From NCBI GenBank assembly GCA_001873435.1, contig MNZB01000004.1, positions 158,980 through 222,979 on the forward strand: DNA of 64,000 nt. Reading direction: 5' to 3'. Source of the DNA: Candidatus Pacebacteria bacterium CG2_30_36_39 (GTDB taxonomy: Bacteria; Patescibacteriota; Microgenomatia; UBA1400; PJMF01). The translations under genes were made by a program, and so were the position numbers. This document shows, piece by piece, positions 48,488 to 57,454 of this stretch. How positions within the stretch are numbered: the first letter of the stretch is position 1; each line of letters begins with the position of its first letter. Below the pieces are notes generated by a model, which was not told the origin of the DNA, made no database searches, and saw only the letters and a program-made list of their open reading frames with translations.

Positions 48488-49357
48488 TTAAAGTTCTTCA
48501 ATTTGAACATTAGGAGCCATATCTGGAGCATCAATTAATTCAAGATATTTCTCAGTAGTAGTAATACGTTTGTGACCAACTAGTTGAGAGACATAAACCA
48601 ATGGAGTGCCAGCCTTAAGCTGTTCAACAATAAATGTATGACGTAAATCGTTTACTTTGGCTTCTTTGATTCCAGCTAAACGGAAATAACGATCAATAGC
48701 AGTACGGATATTTCTAACCAAGAAAGGACGACAAGTCTTGGTTAAAAAGACAGTCTTCTCTTTTGAACGAGGACGAACTTTCAAATAGTCCATCAAAGCT
48801 TTTTTAGCAGCTTTATTCAAAGGAACTTTGCGTTCTTCTCTAGAATTTTGAGCTAAAATGTTTACAACACCTCTATCCAAATCAACGTCATCAGATGCCA
48901 AAGCAGCTAGTTCACTAATTCTCATACCAGTTTGAAGTAAAACTTCAACAATGGCAAAAATACGAGCATCTCCACGACATGCGTCGCGCAAAGCTCTGTA
49001 TTCTAAACGACTCAATACTCTGGGAGGAGATTGTTCAATTTTAGGATGAGAAATAGTTTCTGCTGGATTTGCTGCAACAATGTTTTCTCCAATTAAATAA
49101 CGGAAGAAAGCTTTAATAGAGTTGATTTTGCGAGAAACTGATTTACTTGTATAACGTTTTTGTTTTAAATCACTCTTAAAGTTATCAATATCATCACTAG
49201 TAACCTCGGCCACTAGGGTTTTACCCTTTTCGCCGACGAATTGAACTAATTGTTCTATGTCTTTACTGTATGCGATGACTGTTGCATTGGCTTTACCCTT
49301 CTCTCGAAGGTTTTGCTCAAATTTAACATGTGCATCAACTAAAACTGTTTGTTGCAT
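48488..49357 (-). CDS. tyrosine site-specific recombinase (XerC/XerD-like integrase family)
   Basis: C-terminal catalytic region with R...HTFIVEQL...GHKRITTTEKY (R-H-R-Y). N-terminal SAM-like core-binding domain. Confidence 0.8.
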   Translation of the reverse strand: MQQTVLVDAHVKFEQNLREKGKANATVIAYSKDIEQLVQFVGEKGKTLVAEVTSDDIDNFKSDLKQKRYTSKSVSRKINSIKAFFRYLIGENIVAANPAETISHPKIEQSPPRVLSRLEYRALRDACRGDARIFAIVEVLLQTGMRISELAALASDDVDLDRGVVNILAQNSREERKVPLNKAAKKALMDYLKVRPRSKEKTVFLTKTCRPFLVRNIRTAIDRYFRLAGIKEAKVNDLRHTFIVEQLKAGTPLVYVSQLVGHKRITTTEKYLELIDAPDMAPNVQIEEL

Positions 49358-49489
49358 ATATTTTCTCTTTCCCTCTTATACAATGGCACTAAAATATAGC
49401 GTCAGTGTATGATGTAGGGCAGAATACTAATTAACTTATATTAATCTAACGTCTTATAATATCATAACCAGGGATTTTTAGCAAGCAGT

Positions 49490-49843
49490 ATGAAACAATT
49501 GCTTACCAAGCCCATCACCATCCTCTTTCTTAGTGTTATATCACTGCTGTTTTTTATTTCTCTTCGAAAAACAGCACAAAAAAGTGAGCTATCACAGAAA
49601 AATGTTGAGATACTAGAACAAAAAATTGAGGATAATAAAATTGAGATTGAAGAAGAAAAAAAACAAATATTTTATGCGTCATCAGAATTTGCTATAGACA
49701 AACTTTGGCGGGATGAATTATTAAACTATAAACCAGGAGAATATGTTTTACAAATTCCACTTGAGGAAAAAGTAAAAAAAGATGAAAGTTTTACTGAAAA
49801 TAAATCAGCTTGGGAAAATTGGCTTAGCTTATTCCAAAAATAA
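49490..49843 (+). CDS. small TM + coiled-coil protein, possibly septum formation initiator (FtsB/DivIC-like)
   Basis: N-terminal TM helix then heptad-rich segment. 117 aa. Confidence 0.4.
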   Translation: MKQLLTKPITILFLSVISLLFFISLRKTAQKSELSQKNVEILEQKIEDNKIEIEEEKKQIFYASSEFAIDKLWRDELLNYKPGEYVLQIPLEEKVKKDESFTENKSAWENWLSLFQK

Positions 49844-49886
49844 AAAATTAAATCGAGTTATAATTATATCTATATATATCTAACTA

Positions 49887-50846
49887 ATGAAAAAAAATAA
49901 AAAAGAACAAAGATTATCTACCAAACCTACTGGAGAAACTGCTTTTTTGGCATACTATCGAACTCTTTTCGCCAATGAAGCTGAATTTCAATCCTGGGAA
50001 AAAGCTTTAAGATCAGACAAAAACCCAGTTTTACGCTTTAATCCTAAATATGAAGAAATATTAAAACAACTTTGGAGTGAAGCTGAATTACCGTGGAAAA
50101 CTCTTTCTTGGCATCCATACGCCCTAGAATGGCCTAAAAATGTTCCTCCAAAGACAACATTGCCTGGTTTCAAAGAGCGCTATTTTTATGCCATGAATGC
50201 CTCTTCCTTGTTGCCAGTACTAGCTCTTGATCCTGGTCCTGGAGACTTAGTGTTAGATGCTTGCGCTGCTCCAGGAGGAAAAGCCTTGTTTATTGATGAT
50301 TTGCTTGATAAAAAAGGATTACTTATTGCTAATGACCTTTCAAACTTCCGTCGAGGTCGAATGCGTCAGATCTTCAAAGCCTATGATAAAGAGCACATTG
50401 AGATTTGGGGACAAAAGGCAGAAACCATTTTTTATAACCAACCAGAGTATTTTGATAAAATTCTCATTGATGCTCCATGTAGTAGTGAAAAACATATTAT
50501 TAGAGAACCAAAAGAATTAAAAAAATGGAGTTACACTAGAATTCAAACTCTATCTGCTAGACAAAAAAATCTCCTGAAATCTCTTTGGTTGGCTTTAAAA
50601 CCTGGTGGCACCATGGTTTATTCCACTTGTGCTGTTACTCCAGAGGAAAATGAGGGAGTTGTTGAAGAATTTATTAAAGAGCAACAAGATGCCATACTCC
50701 AACCATGGACTTTGGATACTCCTGGAGGGGCTGGTTTGTCATTTCAAGAAAATTTGTCTTTTTCTCTGGAAAAAGTACGTAGAGTCCAACCACATAAAGA
50801 TGGTTTCGACCCCATGTTTGTAGCAAAATTTGTAAAAAAAGTTTAG
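49887..50846 (+). CDS. RsmB/NOP2/Sun-family RNA cytosine-C5 methyltransferase (catalytic domain only)
   Basis: DACAAPGGK SAM motif, DAPCSSE and TCA catalytic Cys motifs. Confidence 0.8.
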   Translation: MKKNKKEQRLSTKPTGETAFLAYYRTLFANEAEFQSWEKALRSDKNPVLRFNPKYEEILKQLWSEAELPWKTLSWHPYALEWPKNVPPKTTLPGFKERYFYAMNASSLLPVLALDPGPGDLVLDACAAPGGKALFIDDLLDKKGLLIANDLSNFRRGRMRQIFKAYDKEHIEIWGQKAETIFYNQPEYFDKILIDAPCSSEKHIIREPKELKKWSYTRIQTLSARQKNLLKSLWLALKPGGTMVYSTCAVTPEENEGVVEEFIKEQQDAILQPWTLDTPGGAGLSFQENLSFSLEKVRRVQPHKDGFDPMFVAKFVKKV

Positions 50847-51115
50847 GAATCAGCCTGATTGGTTGTTGAAGTCAAATTTTTCTGCTCGTAATCCTCTATT
50901 TCTGTTAAGAATTTTTCTAATTTGGGTAAATTTTCTGCATAAAACTGCCCTGCTTGATCAACTTCCATAGCTAAGAACTGACCTAAAGTATCAATATCTT
51001 GTTCAGTCATTTGTGGAATTTTATAAACCAATTCTGGTTTTTTGCTCTCATCCAGTTGGATGCTTTGACGAATCAATACTTCTAGAGCTGCTTTTTTTTC
51101 TTCTAAACTAGGCAT
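50843..51115 (-). CDS. hypothetical protein
   Basis: 90-aa acidic ORF. Overlaps the upstream gene by 8 nt. Confidence 0.35.
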   Translation of the reverse strand: MPSLEEKKAALEVLIRQSIQLDESKKPELVYKIPQMTEQDIDTLGQFLAMEVDQAGQFYAENLPKLEKFLTEIEDYEQKNLTSTTNQADS

Positions 51116-51668
51116 TACTTACTCCTATTGCTGGCGTACGAAACATACTGGCAGCTTTTTGTACTTCTGTTGACTTGACTGTTGCCTGATGAGCTCTCCA
51201 GATTTCTGTAGCTCTTTTAACCCCGGCTTTCATTCTTGGAAAATCTTTTACGAACTGCATTGTAGTTTCAATGGCGTGAGTTGGTAGTGCTCCACCAGTA
51301 AATAACTCCAATACTTCGCTGCCCCATGCCCAAGCTTTACTAACATCAGGTGTTAAGTCAAAAGAAGTAAGCTTTGCTAGATCTGCTCCGATTGATACTA
51401 CTTCACCAATTCCTGGTACTAAATCGACTACTGAAATACCAATGTTTAGGACTGTCCTAGCAAATGCTATTAGAGCAATTTTTACTTTTTCGTCTTGCAA
51501 CATTTTTCCAAGTAGAAAATTACTTTCTTGCTTGGACTGAAACATTTCTCCGATGCGGCCAGCGACATCTTTTAAGCCAGACTTAACGTACTCTGGTATT
51601 TTGCCGAAGCGCTCTGATCGCCATTCTGAGTTGTTGTTTGGTTTCTTTTCTTGTTTTTGCTCTACCAT
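51108..51668 (-). CDS. hypothetical protein
   Basis: 186-aa ORF with a central hydrophobic segment (LNIGISVVDLVPGIGEVVSIGADLA). GC slightly above background. Confidence 0.4.
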   Translation of the reverse strand: MVEQKQEKKPNNNSEWRSERFGKIPEYVKSGLKDVAGRIGEMFQSKQESNFLLGKMLQDEKVKIALIAFARTVLNIGISVVDLVPGIGEVVSIGADLAKLTSFDLTPDVSKAWAWGSEVLELFTGGALPTHAIETTMQFVKDFPRMKAGVKRATEIWRAHQATVKSTEVQKAASMFRTPAIGVSNA

Positions 51669-51842
51669 ACTTCATTAGTATATAGTGAAAAGCGTGCTAA
51701 AAAAACTTCTAGAAAAAATATTCATAGGTTCTAAAAAACAATCAAATTCTTCCGAGTTAATTAAAAAAATCAAAACTTTTAGTAAAAGGCTCTATGTTCT
51801 AGAAGATGAGTTTTTTGCTAAAAATGAAAATAAACAAGGATA

Positions 51843-53492
51843 ATGCCAGAGACAGCATCAACTGATCAGCTGACTGAGTGGAGAGAAAAACTAGAGCTTA
51901 AAAAGATAGATGTTTTGCGGCTCAAGCAAGAAGCTGCTTCTTTAGATCAGGAAAAAAGTCTTAGGGCAAAAAGAGTTTTAGATCAATATTGGAATGTTAA
52001 AGAAGGTAAATCTTCAGAGGATGCAGAATCAAAAGATTTAGTTGCTCTTTTTGAATCACTACCGCCTGAGCTTCAAGAGCAGGTTCTAGAAAATCTTATC
52101 AGTATCCAATTAACCTGGGGATGTAATGGTCTATGTCCATTCTGTGCCTATGAACCAGATAAGGGTGTTAAAGCAAAATTTTCTTTTGAGTCTCTTAAGG
52201 CGTTTTTAGCTAAGTATGGAGAAAGATTGAAAAAAGCCAAAGAAAGTAGTTCTGGCTCTATTCCTCACTATTGGGATAGTGATCCATTTGATTATCTGGA
52301 TCAAGGCCATGATTATTTAGATTTTTATCTTGAATGGAGAAAATATTTTCCCAATGAACCTATTTTTATTAGCACAGCTGTTCCAAAGGGTTCGACCGAT
52401 GCTTTCAAAAGATTTATTATTTATGTCTGGAATCACTATTATAAAGAAAATCAAATGGTTCAAGTTCGTGTTTCTGTTTCCAAAGCTAATATCCAAAGAA
52501 TTGAAGCTGTTTTTGAAGAAATTAAACAAGAGATGGGATGGCCAATTAATAAGGATATCGAAGAAATACTTAGTCCTTTCTTGAGTTTTTCTCCAAGAAT
52601 TGAAGATGATGAAATTGATGATCTAGGACCAAGAATTAATAAACATGATGATTTTGCTAGTTCAAATTCACCCTCATGTTCTGATGGAGTTGTTTTGACT
52701 CCGTTACAAATTAAGGCTATTACGATGACTGCTGCCAATGTCTATGAGCCTTCTGGTGAAAAAACAATGATAATTAATCAAGATACTCCAGTTAATATGA
52801 TTCCTAGTTACACTAGTAAGGCGTATTTTAATGGTTTTAGTTCTAATACAGATTTGGTTTTAAGAACTGAGATGCGTCAGGCATTTTTGCCAATGGTGAT
52901 AAATTCTGATGGTAGAGAAATTATTTTGCCTGATAAATATGAAAATACTATTTATAGACTTGGTAGATGGAGTTTTTCTTTGGATTTAGTGTTAATTGAT
53001 ATTGCTAACTTAATTAATCCCAATTCTCCAGCATATGAAAATACTACTAGAGAAAAAGAAGAGTATCAGGTATTGGCTTTACAAGCTGCCAATATTCATT
53101 TGGATGAAATAAAGGATGATCTTAAAAAAGCAGAAGAGTTATTTAATAGCGGCTTACTTACTCCGGAGCAAATGAGTAAACTTGAGTTTTATTATATGCT
53201 TACCTATTTGCGTGTTATGCAAATTTCGCTAGTAACTAATACTGCTAGCGGTTTTTTTGTGAGTGCAGAAGAAATATCTCTTCAAGCAAATATTCTTAAA
53301 GAAATAAATAAGAAGAATATTGATCAAATCGAGGAAATAATAGAGCTTTTAAGGGTTAGTGTTGATTTAAAGGCGACTGCGGAGAATAAGAAAATTTCAA
53401 TTGAGTTGTTAGTTAAAACTCTTGGTTTTACTGAAGATAAAAAGCCAAGGTGGCTGGGTATATTGCAAAGAAGGGCTGGGGTAATTAGTTAG
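51843..53492 (+). CDS. radical SAM-like protein of unknown function (CX3CX2C motif, long N-terminal coiled coil)
   Basis: ISIQLTWGCNGLCPFCAYE: hydrophobic strand plus CX3CX2C. A GGEP-like segment (WDSDPFDYL) sits about 45 aa downstream. No SPASM/twitch Cys cluster. 549 aa. Confidence 0.55.
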   Translation: MPETASTDQLTEWREKLELKKIDVLRLKQEAASLDQEKSLRAKRVLDQYWNVKEGKSSEDAESKDLVALFESLPPELQEQVLENLISIQLTWGCNGLCPFCAYEPDKGVKAKFSFESLKAFLAKYGERLKKAKESSSGSIPHYWDSDPFDYLDQGHDYLDFYLEWRKYFPNEPIFISTAVPKGSTDAFKRFIIYVWNHYYKENQMVQVRVSVSKANIQRIEAVFEEIKQEMGWPINKDIEEILSPFLSFSPRIEDDEIDDLGPRINKHDDFASSNSPSCSDGVVLTPLQIKAITMTAANVYEPSGEKTMIINQDTPVNMIPSYTSKAYFNGFSSNTDLVLRTEMRQAFLPMVINSDGREIILPDKYENTIYRLGRWSFSLDLVLIDIANLINPNSPAYENTTREKEEYQVLALQAANIHLDEIKDDLKKAEELFNSGLLTPEQMSKLEFYYMLTYLRVMQISLVTNTASGFFVSAEEISLQANILKEINKKNIDQIEEIIELLRVSVDLKATAENKKISIELLVKTLGFTEDKKPRWLGILQRRAGVIS

Positions 53493-53853
53493 AAAATTGT
53501 TCGACTGCTGCAATAACGTCTTCTAGTTTGGCAGTTCCCTTTACAAAATATCCTTTTGCGCCAAGTGCTGCAGTTTTTTCACGATCTTCGTAGGAGTCAA
53601 CTGCGGTAACCACTAGGACTGGAACGTCTTTTGTTTCTATGTTTTCTCTTAGTTCTTTTAAGACTTGAAAGCCATCTTTTTCTGGCATTAATAAATCTAA
53701 TATTATTACTGCTGGTTGGTTGTTTTTTGCTGAATCTAAAACTTGATTGCCATTTTTAAAGTATTCTACTTCGAAACCGGCTAGTTCAAATTTTTTCTTT
53801 GATAGCTTGCTTAAAAATAAATCGTCTTCTACTAAAAATATGACTTTTTTCAT
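53485..53853 (-). CDS. single-domain response regulator (CheY-like receiver)
   Basis: VEDD acidic pair, ILDLLMPEKDG phospho-acceptor Asp, T and K motifs. 122 aa, no output domain. Confidence 0.8.
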   Translation of the reverse strand: MKKVIFLVEDDLFLSKLSKKKFELAGFEVEYFKNGNQVLDSAKNNQPAVIILDLLMPEKDGFQVLKELRENIETKDVPVLVVTAVDSYEDREKTAALGAKGYFVKGTAKLEDVIAAVEQFSN

Positions 53854-53854
53854 T

Positions 53855-54223
53855 TTATGAAATTGCCTTTTTTAAATATTCAATGATTTCTGATAATTGT
53901 GTTTCTGATTTTACAAAATATTTTTTTACTCCCAAGGCAGCTACTCTCTGTTTGTCTTCCTCAGAGTTCAGGGCGCTAACTATTATTATCAAAACTTTTC
54001 CAGCCGAAATTTCTTCTTTTAATTCTTCCAAAACCTGAAAACCATTTTTTTTGGGCATTACTAAATCAAGTACTATTACTGCAGGGTTTTCTTTTTTTAC
54101 CTGACTTGCTACTTCTAAGCCATCATCAAAAAATTGAACGTTTAGTCCTGCTAATTCAAATTTTTTCCTTGATAGTTTACCCAAAAATAGGTCGTCTTCT
54201 ACTAAAAATATTTTTTTATTCAT
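53855..54223 (-). CDS. single-domain response regulator (CheY-like receiver), paralog of the downstream gene
   Basis: VEDD, VLDLVMPKKNG, same length and about half identical to 53485..53853. Confidence 0.8.
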   Translation of the reverse strand: MNKKIFLVEDDLFLGKLSRKKFELAGLNVQFFDDGLEVASQVKKENPAVIVLDLVMPKKNGFQVLEELKEEISAGKVLIIIVSALNSEEDKQRVAALGVKKYFVKSETQLSEIIEYLKKAIS

Positions 54224-54686
54224 ATAGTTTTATCTCCGTAAATAGTGATTTGTTCTCAACTAAATATGGGCTTGTGAGGTCTAGGGCGCGCAACCAGCTT
54301 AGCTTAATTTTGTATACAGCATAGTCGTGTCCAGAAATTTGCAATACTGGTGGCCAAAAATCCTCGTGGGTTGCAGATGATTCAACTATTTTGTCTAAGG
54401 CTGTATTTAGTTCTGCTGGATCATTAATTTTTGAAATTGAGCCATTGGCCTGAACTAGCATTTGTTTATGTTCCCAAACTGAAATGCTTATTTGATTGTT
54501 TTCTTCAATTGCCTTGGCTTTATAGCTTGAAGATAGAGTTGCAAAGTACATTGTGAAATCTTCATCGATAGCAAATAATAAGATTGTTGATAGAGGTTTG
54601 TTGTTTTGATGACAAAAGGCTGCCGACATGATGGAAGTCTTTTTCATGAATTCGTACACCTCTTGTACTGAGTATGTTTTAACCAT
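54216..54686 (-). CDS. pyridoxamine 5'-phosphate oxidase-like FMN-binding split-barrel protein
   Basis: 156 aa. Pattern (MSAAF...TILLFAIDEDF...ISV) resembles the PNPOx-like/general stress protein 26 fold. Weak. Confidence 0.5.
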   Translation of the reverse strand: MVKTYSVQEVYEFMKKTSIMSAAFCHQNNKPLSTILLFAIDEDFTMYFATLSSSYKAKAIEENNQISISVWEHKQMLVQANGSISKINDPAELNTALDKIVESSATHEDFWPPVLQISGHDYAVYKIKLSWLRALDLTSPYLVENKSLFTEIKLYE

Positions 54687-54737
54687 GAATCAATAGTAGC
54701 GGAAAAGTAATTAAATAGCAAAAAAATTAATATATAT

Positions 54738-56321
54738 TTATTCCTCGTAAAAAGAGGAGTAAATAGTATCAGTTCCATAGCTCAAATCATTTGAATAAAG
54801 TCTGTAATGAGAATTATTTGGCTTAACTTTGAACTCTCCAATTAAAATAGTTTTTTTATCATTAGTTTTAATAAAAGATTTATTTAAATATTCACCAGAT
54901 GATTTTATGAGACTTGCATATGTGTAAGCCCTGCTGTGCACACATATTAATTCTCCATTCCAAATACATGGTCTTGCTTGGTCGCATATTTCAACAACAA
55001 ATAAACTATCTTTGTTTATTTTTAAGTTTTCTATTTTTTCCAAACCATATATGTAAGTATTTATATCGTCATCATTGTAAAAAATATATCTAACTTCATT
55101 TCTATTTATTTCATTCGCAATAAATGATACTGATGATTTTAAATCACCATAACCATCTTTTGCTTTTATTTTCCCATAATAAAAGCCTGCGTGAAAAATG
55201 ATAAACAAAATAACAATAAAAAATATTTTTTTGTATTTTTCAAACAAATAAACCAATAAAAAGGATGGAAAAATATATAAAGTACTCAAGTAATAGTCAA
55301 GCTTGTCTCCCTTGTAAAATCTTAAAACAATTAAAAGTAAGAAAAAGTATATTCCAAGATAAAGGTGAAGTATGTTATTTTTTCTCGATCCAATAGATTT
55401 TATAAAAAGAGTAATACCGCCAATAAAAAATATTAACCTACCAAAATATAAAAAGTAAAAATTCGTGCCAGTTAACACTCTCTCAAAAAAAGACGGGAAA
55501 AAAGTCAGTAAATAGTCTGGTTTTGATACACGATCATAATATCTACTGTGCTCACCAGTAAAATAATTAATAATTTGATTTGTGTTATTCCAACTATTCT
55601 CTATTTCTATCAAAATATATGGAAATAAAGTTAATAAAGACAACAAAATACCAATAACCCAATACTTCCTTGAGCTAATATTTTTCCAAAAACTCCAAAC
55701 TAAAATCATTAATGCAAATGGAATAATTATCACAGCTTGATAATGAAAATGAACAGAAATAGCTACAGACAAAAGACCTACAATTGGTTCCCAACCAATA
55801 ATGCCCTTATTACTAGTTAAAACCTTAATTATTCTTACCCAGGAATACAAAGCCAACGTTGAAAAAAATGGAATAGTATTAGGATTCCATGCAAATGAAC
55901 CAAATATTGTTGGAATAGGCATTAAACCATACAAAAAAGCCACAACCCAACGTTGATTAATAAAACCCAACTCACTAAAAAGCAAAACTAAAAATATTGG
56001 AGTTGCCGATTCGATAAATATAACAAAAAACTTCATTACAAATGGATTATTTGCTGATAAAAAAGAAAGTACTAGATGAACTTGGTAATATAATGGAGGT
56101 AAATAAAAATCTCCAACACTAGCTTTTGGTCCATATCCAACAAGCCAGTCATTTTTATTTATTTTTGATTCCATTAAAATTAAATCTCTTGCGCCATCTT
56201 GTCCAAATGAATTTGAATAAAATCCATACCAAAGCCTAAAAGATAAAATTAATATAAATAATAAAAATAATTTTTTGCAAAAAGAAAGATTGTTTATAAA
56301 ATTAAAAATTTTATTTGGCAT
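54738..56321 (-). CDS. GT-C membrane glycosyltransferase (GT39/GT83 ArnT/PMT-like)
   Basis: 527 aa, more than 10 TM helices. First-loop acidic motif (GQDGARDLILME). Extremely AT-rich codons. Confidence 0.65.
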   Translation of the reverse strand: MPNKIFNFINNLSFCKKLFLLFILILSFRLWYGFYSNSFGQDGARDLILMESKINKNDWLVGYGPKASVGDFYLPPLYYQVHLVLSFLSANNPFVMKFFVIFIESATPIFLVLLFSELGFINQRWVVAFLYGLMPIPTIFGSFAWNPNTIPFFSTLALYSWVRIIKVLTSNKGIIGWEPIVGLLSVAISVHFHYQAVIIIPFALMILVWSFWKNISSRKYWVIGILLSLLTLFPYILIEIENSWNNTNQIINYFTGEHSRYYDRVSKPDYLLTFFPSFFERVLTGTNFYFLYFGRLIFFIGGITLFIKSIGSRKNNILHLYLGIYFFLLLIVLRFYKGDKLDYYLSTLYIFPSFLLVYLFEKYKKIFFIVILFIIFHAGFYYGKIKAKDGYGDLKSSVSFIANEINRNEVRYIFYNDDDINTYIYGLEKIENLKINKDSLFVVEICDQARPCIWNGELICVHSRAYTYASLIKSSGEYLNKSFIKTNDKKTILIGEFKVKPNNSHYRLYSNDLSYGTDTIYSSFYEE

Positions 56322-56374
56322 TAAAAGTTATGTTTGTTAATATAACGACTATTAACTTTTATAACAATTATCAT

Positions 56375-56402
56375 AAAAAAAGACCTATTTCTAGGTCTTT
56401 TT
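56375..56402. terminator. bidirectional rho-independent terminator
   Basis: aaaaaa-agaccta-tttc-taggtct-ttttt. Confidence 0.6.
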
Positions 56403-56410
56403 AAACATTG

Positions 56411-56479
56411 TTGCGGGACTAGGAGTCGAACCTAGCCTGCGAGATTATGAGCCTCACGTGCACCGTACACTATCCCGCG
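56411..56479 (-). tRNA. tRNA with CAT anticodon (Met, fMet or lysidine-Ile), 1:72 mismatch
   Basis: Reverse complement CGCGGGA-TA-GTGT-ACGGT-GCAC-G-TGAGG-CTCATAA-TCTCG-CAGG-CTAGG-TTCGACT-CCTAG-TCCCGCA-A. T-loop GGTTCGACTCC, U33 and A37 flank the CAT anticodon. C1 is opposite A72 as in bacterial initiator tRNA. Short D-loop. No encoded CCA. Confidence 0.65.
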
Positions 56480-56532
56480 ATTTTTAAAGAAGAACCGTAT
56501 TATAAATCAATGTCCTCTGGAATGCAAAATCA

Positions 56533-56561
56533 TAACTCGTCAAAAAAAACAGAACTTGGTA
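56533..56561 (+). promoter_or_regulatory. extended -10 promoter (TGgTATAAT) for the plus-strand tRNA
   Basis: cagaacTTGGTATAATcc lies 18 nt upstream of the tRNA 5' end. Weak -35. On the other strand TTGCAT-17-TATAAT precedes the minus-strand tRNA. Confidence 0.4.
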
Positions 56562-56579
56562 TAATCCACCACTAGATAA

Positions 56580-56653
56580 GCCAGGGTAGCTCAGTTGGTT
56601 AGAGCATCGGATTCATAAACCGAAGGTCGTGAGTTCAACTCTCACCCCTGGTA
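56580..56653 (+). tRNA. tRNA-Met (CAT), elongator-like
   Basis: GCCAGGG-TA-GCTC-AGTTGGTTA-GAGC... D-arm is identical to E. coli elongator tRNA-Met. Anticodon loop TTCATAA. T-arm GGTCGTGAGTTCAACTCTCAC. Acceptor CCCTGGT-A. Confidence 0.75.
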
Positions 56654-56661
56654 CAAATCAT

Positions 56662-56694
56662 AAAAAGACCCGCAATTACGCGGGTCTTTTCTTT
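56662..56694 (+). terminator. rho-independent terminator after tRNA
   Basis: agacccgc-aatta-cgcgggtct followed by TTTTCTTT. Confidence 0.65.
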
Positions 56695-56711
56695 AAAATT
56701 TGCCTTTGGAT

Positions 56712-57215
56712 TTATTTGCTACGATAATCATTCTCAGGAGAAACAGTGAAATACTGCTGCATCCTAGGATAGATCGTGTCGCAAACATAATCTCCTGGAT
56801 AGACCACTGGATTAGCAGAAAGAAGTGAAGTCCAATCATAGAGCTCAAGCCAATCATCAGTGATTGAAACCTGATTCTCCATATGAACAACTTCTATCAC
56901 TTGCCCAACAGGACCGCCCAATTCATGAGCAGAATTCCCTGCCAAATCACTGAGAGTACCAACAACTCCTTTATCCACCACAAAACCGCAGACATGCCAA
57001 TCAGTTGACAAATTATCTTCGTTAGAGAGACTCTCAACATATCGAGAGACATCACTAGTGGGGGTAGGAGGAGGAGCCTCAGTTACAATGGGGACAATCA
57101 CTACTTCCGTAGCTATCACAGGAACAGGTGGAGGTTCAGTTGCAATAGCGCCACAACCAGAACTCACCACCAAACCCAAAAAACAGAAAAACAAAATTAC
57201 ATGGTAACGCTTCAT
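56712..57215 (-). CDS. hypothetical lipoprotein (elevated GC)
   Basis: Signal peptide with lipobox VSSGC, Pro/Thr-rich linker, C-terminal domain with 3 further Cys. AGGAGG SD 8 nt upstream. Confidence 0.55.
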   Translation of the reverse strand: MKRYHVILFFCFLGLVVSSGCGAIATEPPPVPVIATEVVIVPIVTEAPPPTPTSDVSRYVESLSNEDNLSTDWHVCGFVVDKGVVGTLSDLAGNSAHELGGPVGQVIEVVHMENQVSITDDWLELYDWTSLLSANPVVYPGDYVCDTIYPRMQQYFTVSPENDYRSK

Positions 57216-57415
57216 ACGTCACCTCCTATTAGAATTTCTGGTTTCTGGTTTTCCAAAGTTATCTTAAAGTGCGATCTATCTCTCCCTACCCGGGAGACGG
57301 CAACCGTCTTTAAGGCTCAGGAGAAACTTTTCACCAGACCCTCCATTGTAACTAAAAACAACCAAAAAGTCAATATTATAGGATATAAATATGATTAAAA
57401 ACCCCTAGAAACAAC

Positions 57416-57444
57416 AAATCCCGCTCTTGCGAACGGGATTTTAT
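57416..57444 (-). terminator. rho-independent terminator downstream of the small lipoprotein gene
   Basis: atcccg-ctcttgcgaa-cgggat hairpin with A/T flanks. Confidence 0.6.
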
Positions 57445-57454
57445 GTAATTATCT

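Noticed and set aside
51806-51866. 19-codon ORF (MSFLLKMKINKDNARDSIN) upstream of the radical-SAM gene as a RiPP precursor
   Set aside because: It is very short, has no Cys/Ser/Thr-rich core and no obvious SD, and overlaps the rSAM start in another frame. It is mentioned only as something to check.
48488-56480. Integrative element bounded by the tyrosine recombinase and the tRNA genes
   Set aside because: The recombinase is not adjacent to the tRNA. No direct repeat of either tRNA 3' end was found. The intervening genes (rsmB-like, response regulators, GT-C) show no compositional shift.
57280-57330. Two-hairpin leader as a guanidine-II (mini-ykkC) riboswitch
   Set aside because: The loops are TACCC and TTG/CAA rather than the conserved ACGR tetraloops.
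57201-57398. 65-aa plus-strand ORF in the lipoprotein leader region
   Set aside because: It is antisense to the promoter/leader of the minus-strand lipoprotein gene and has no SD. Likely spurious.
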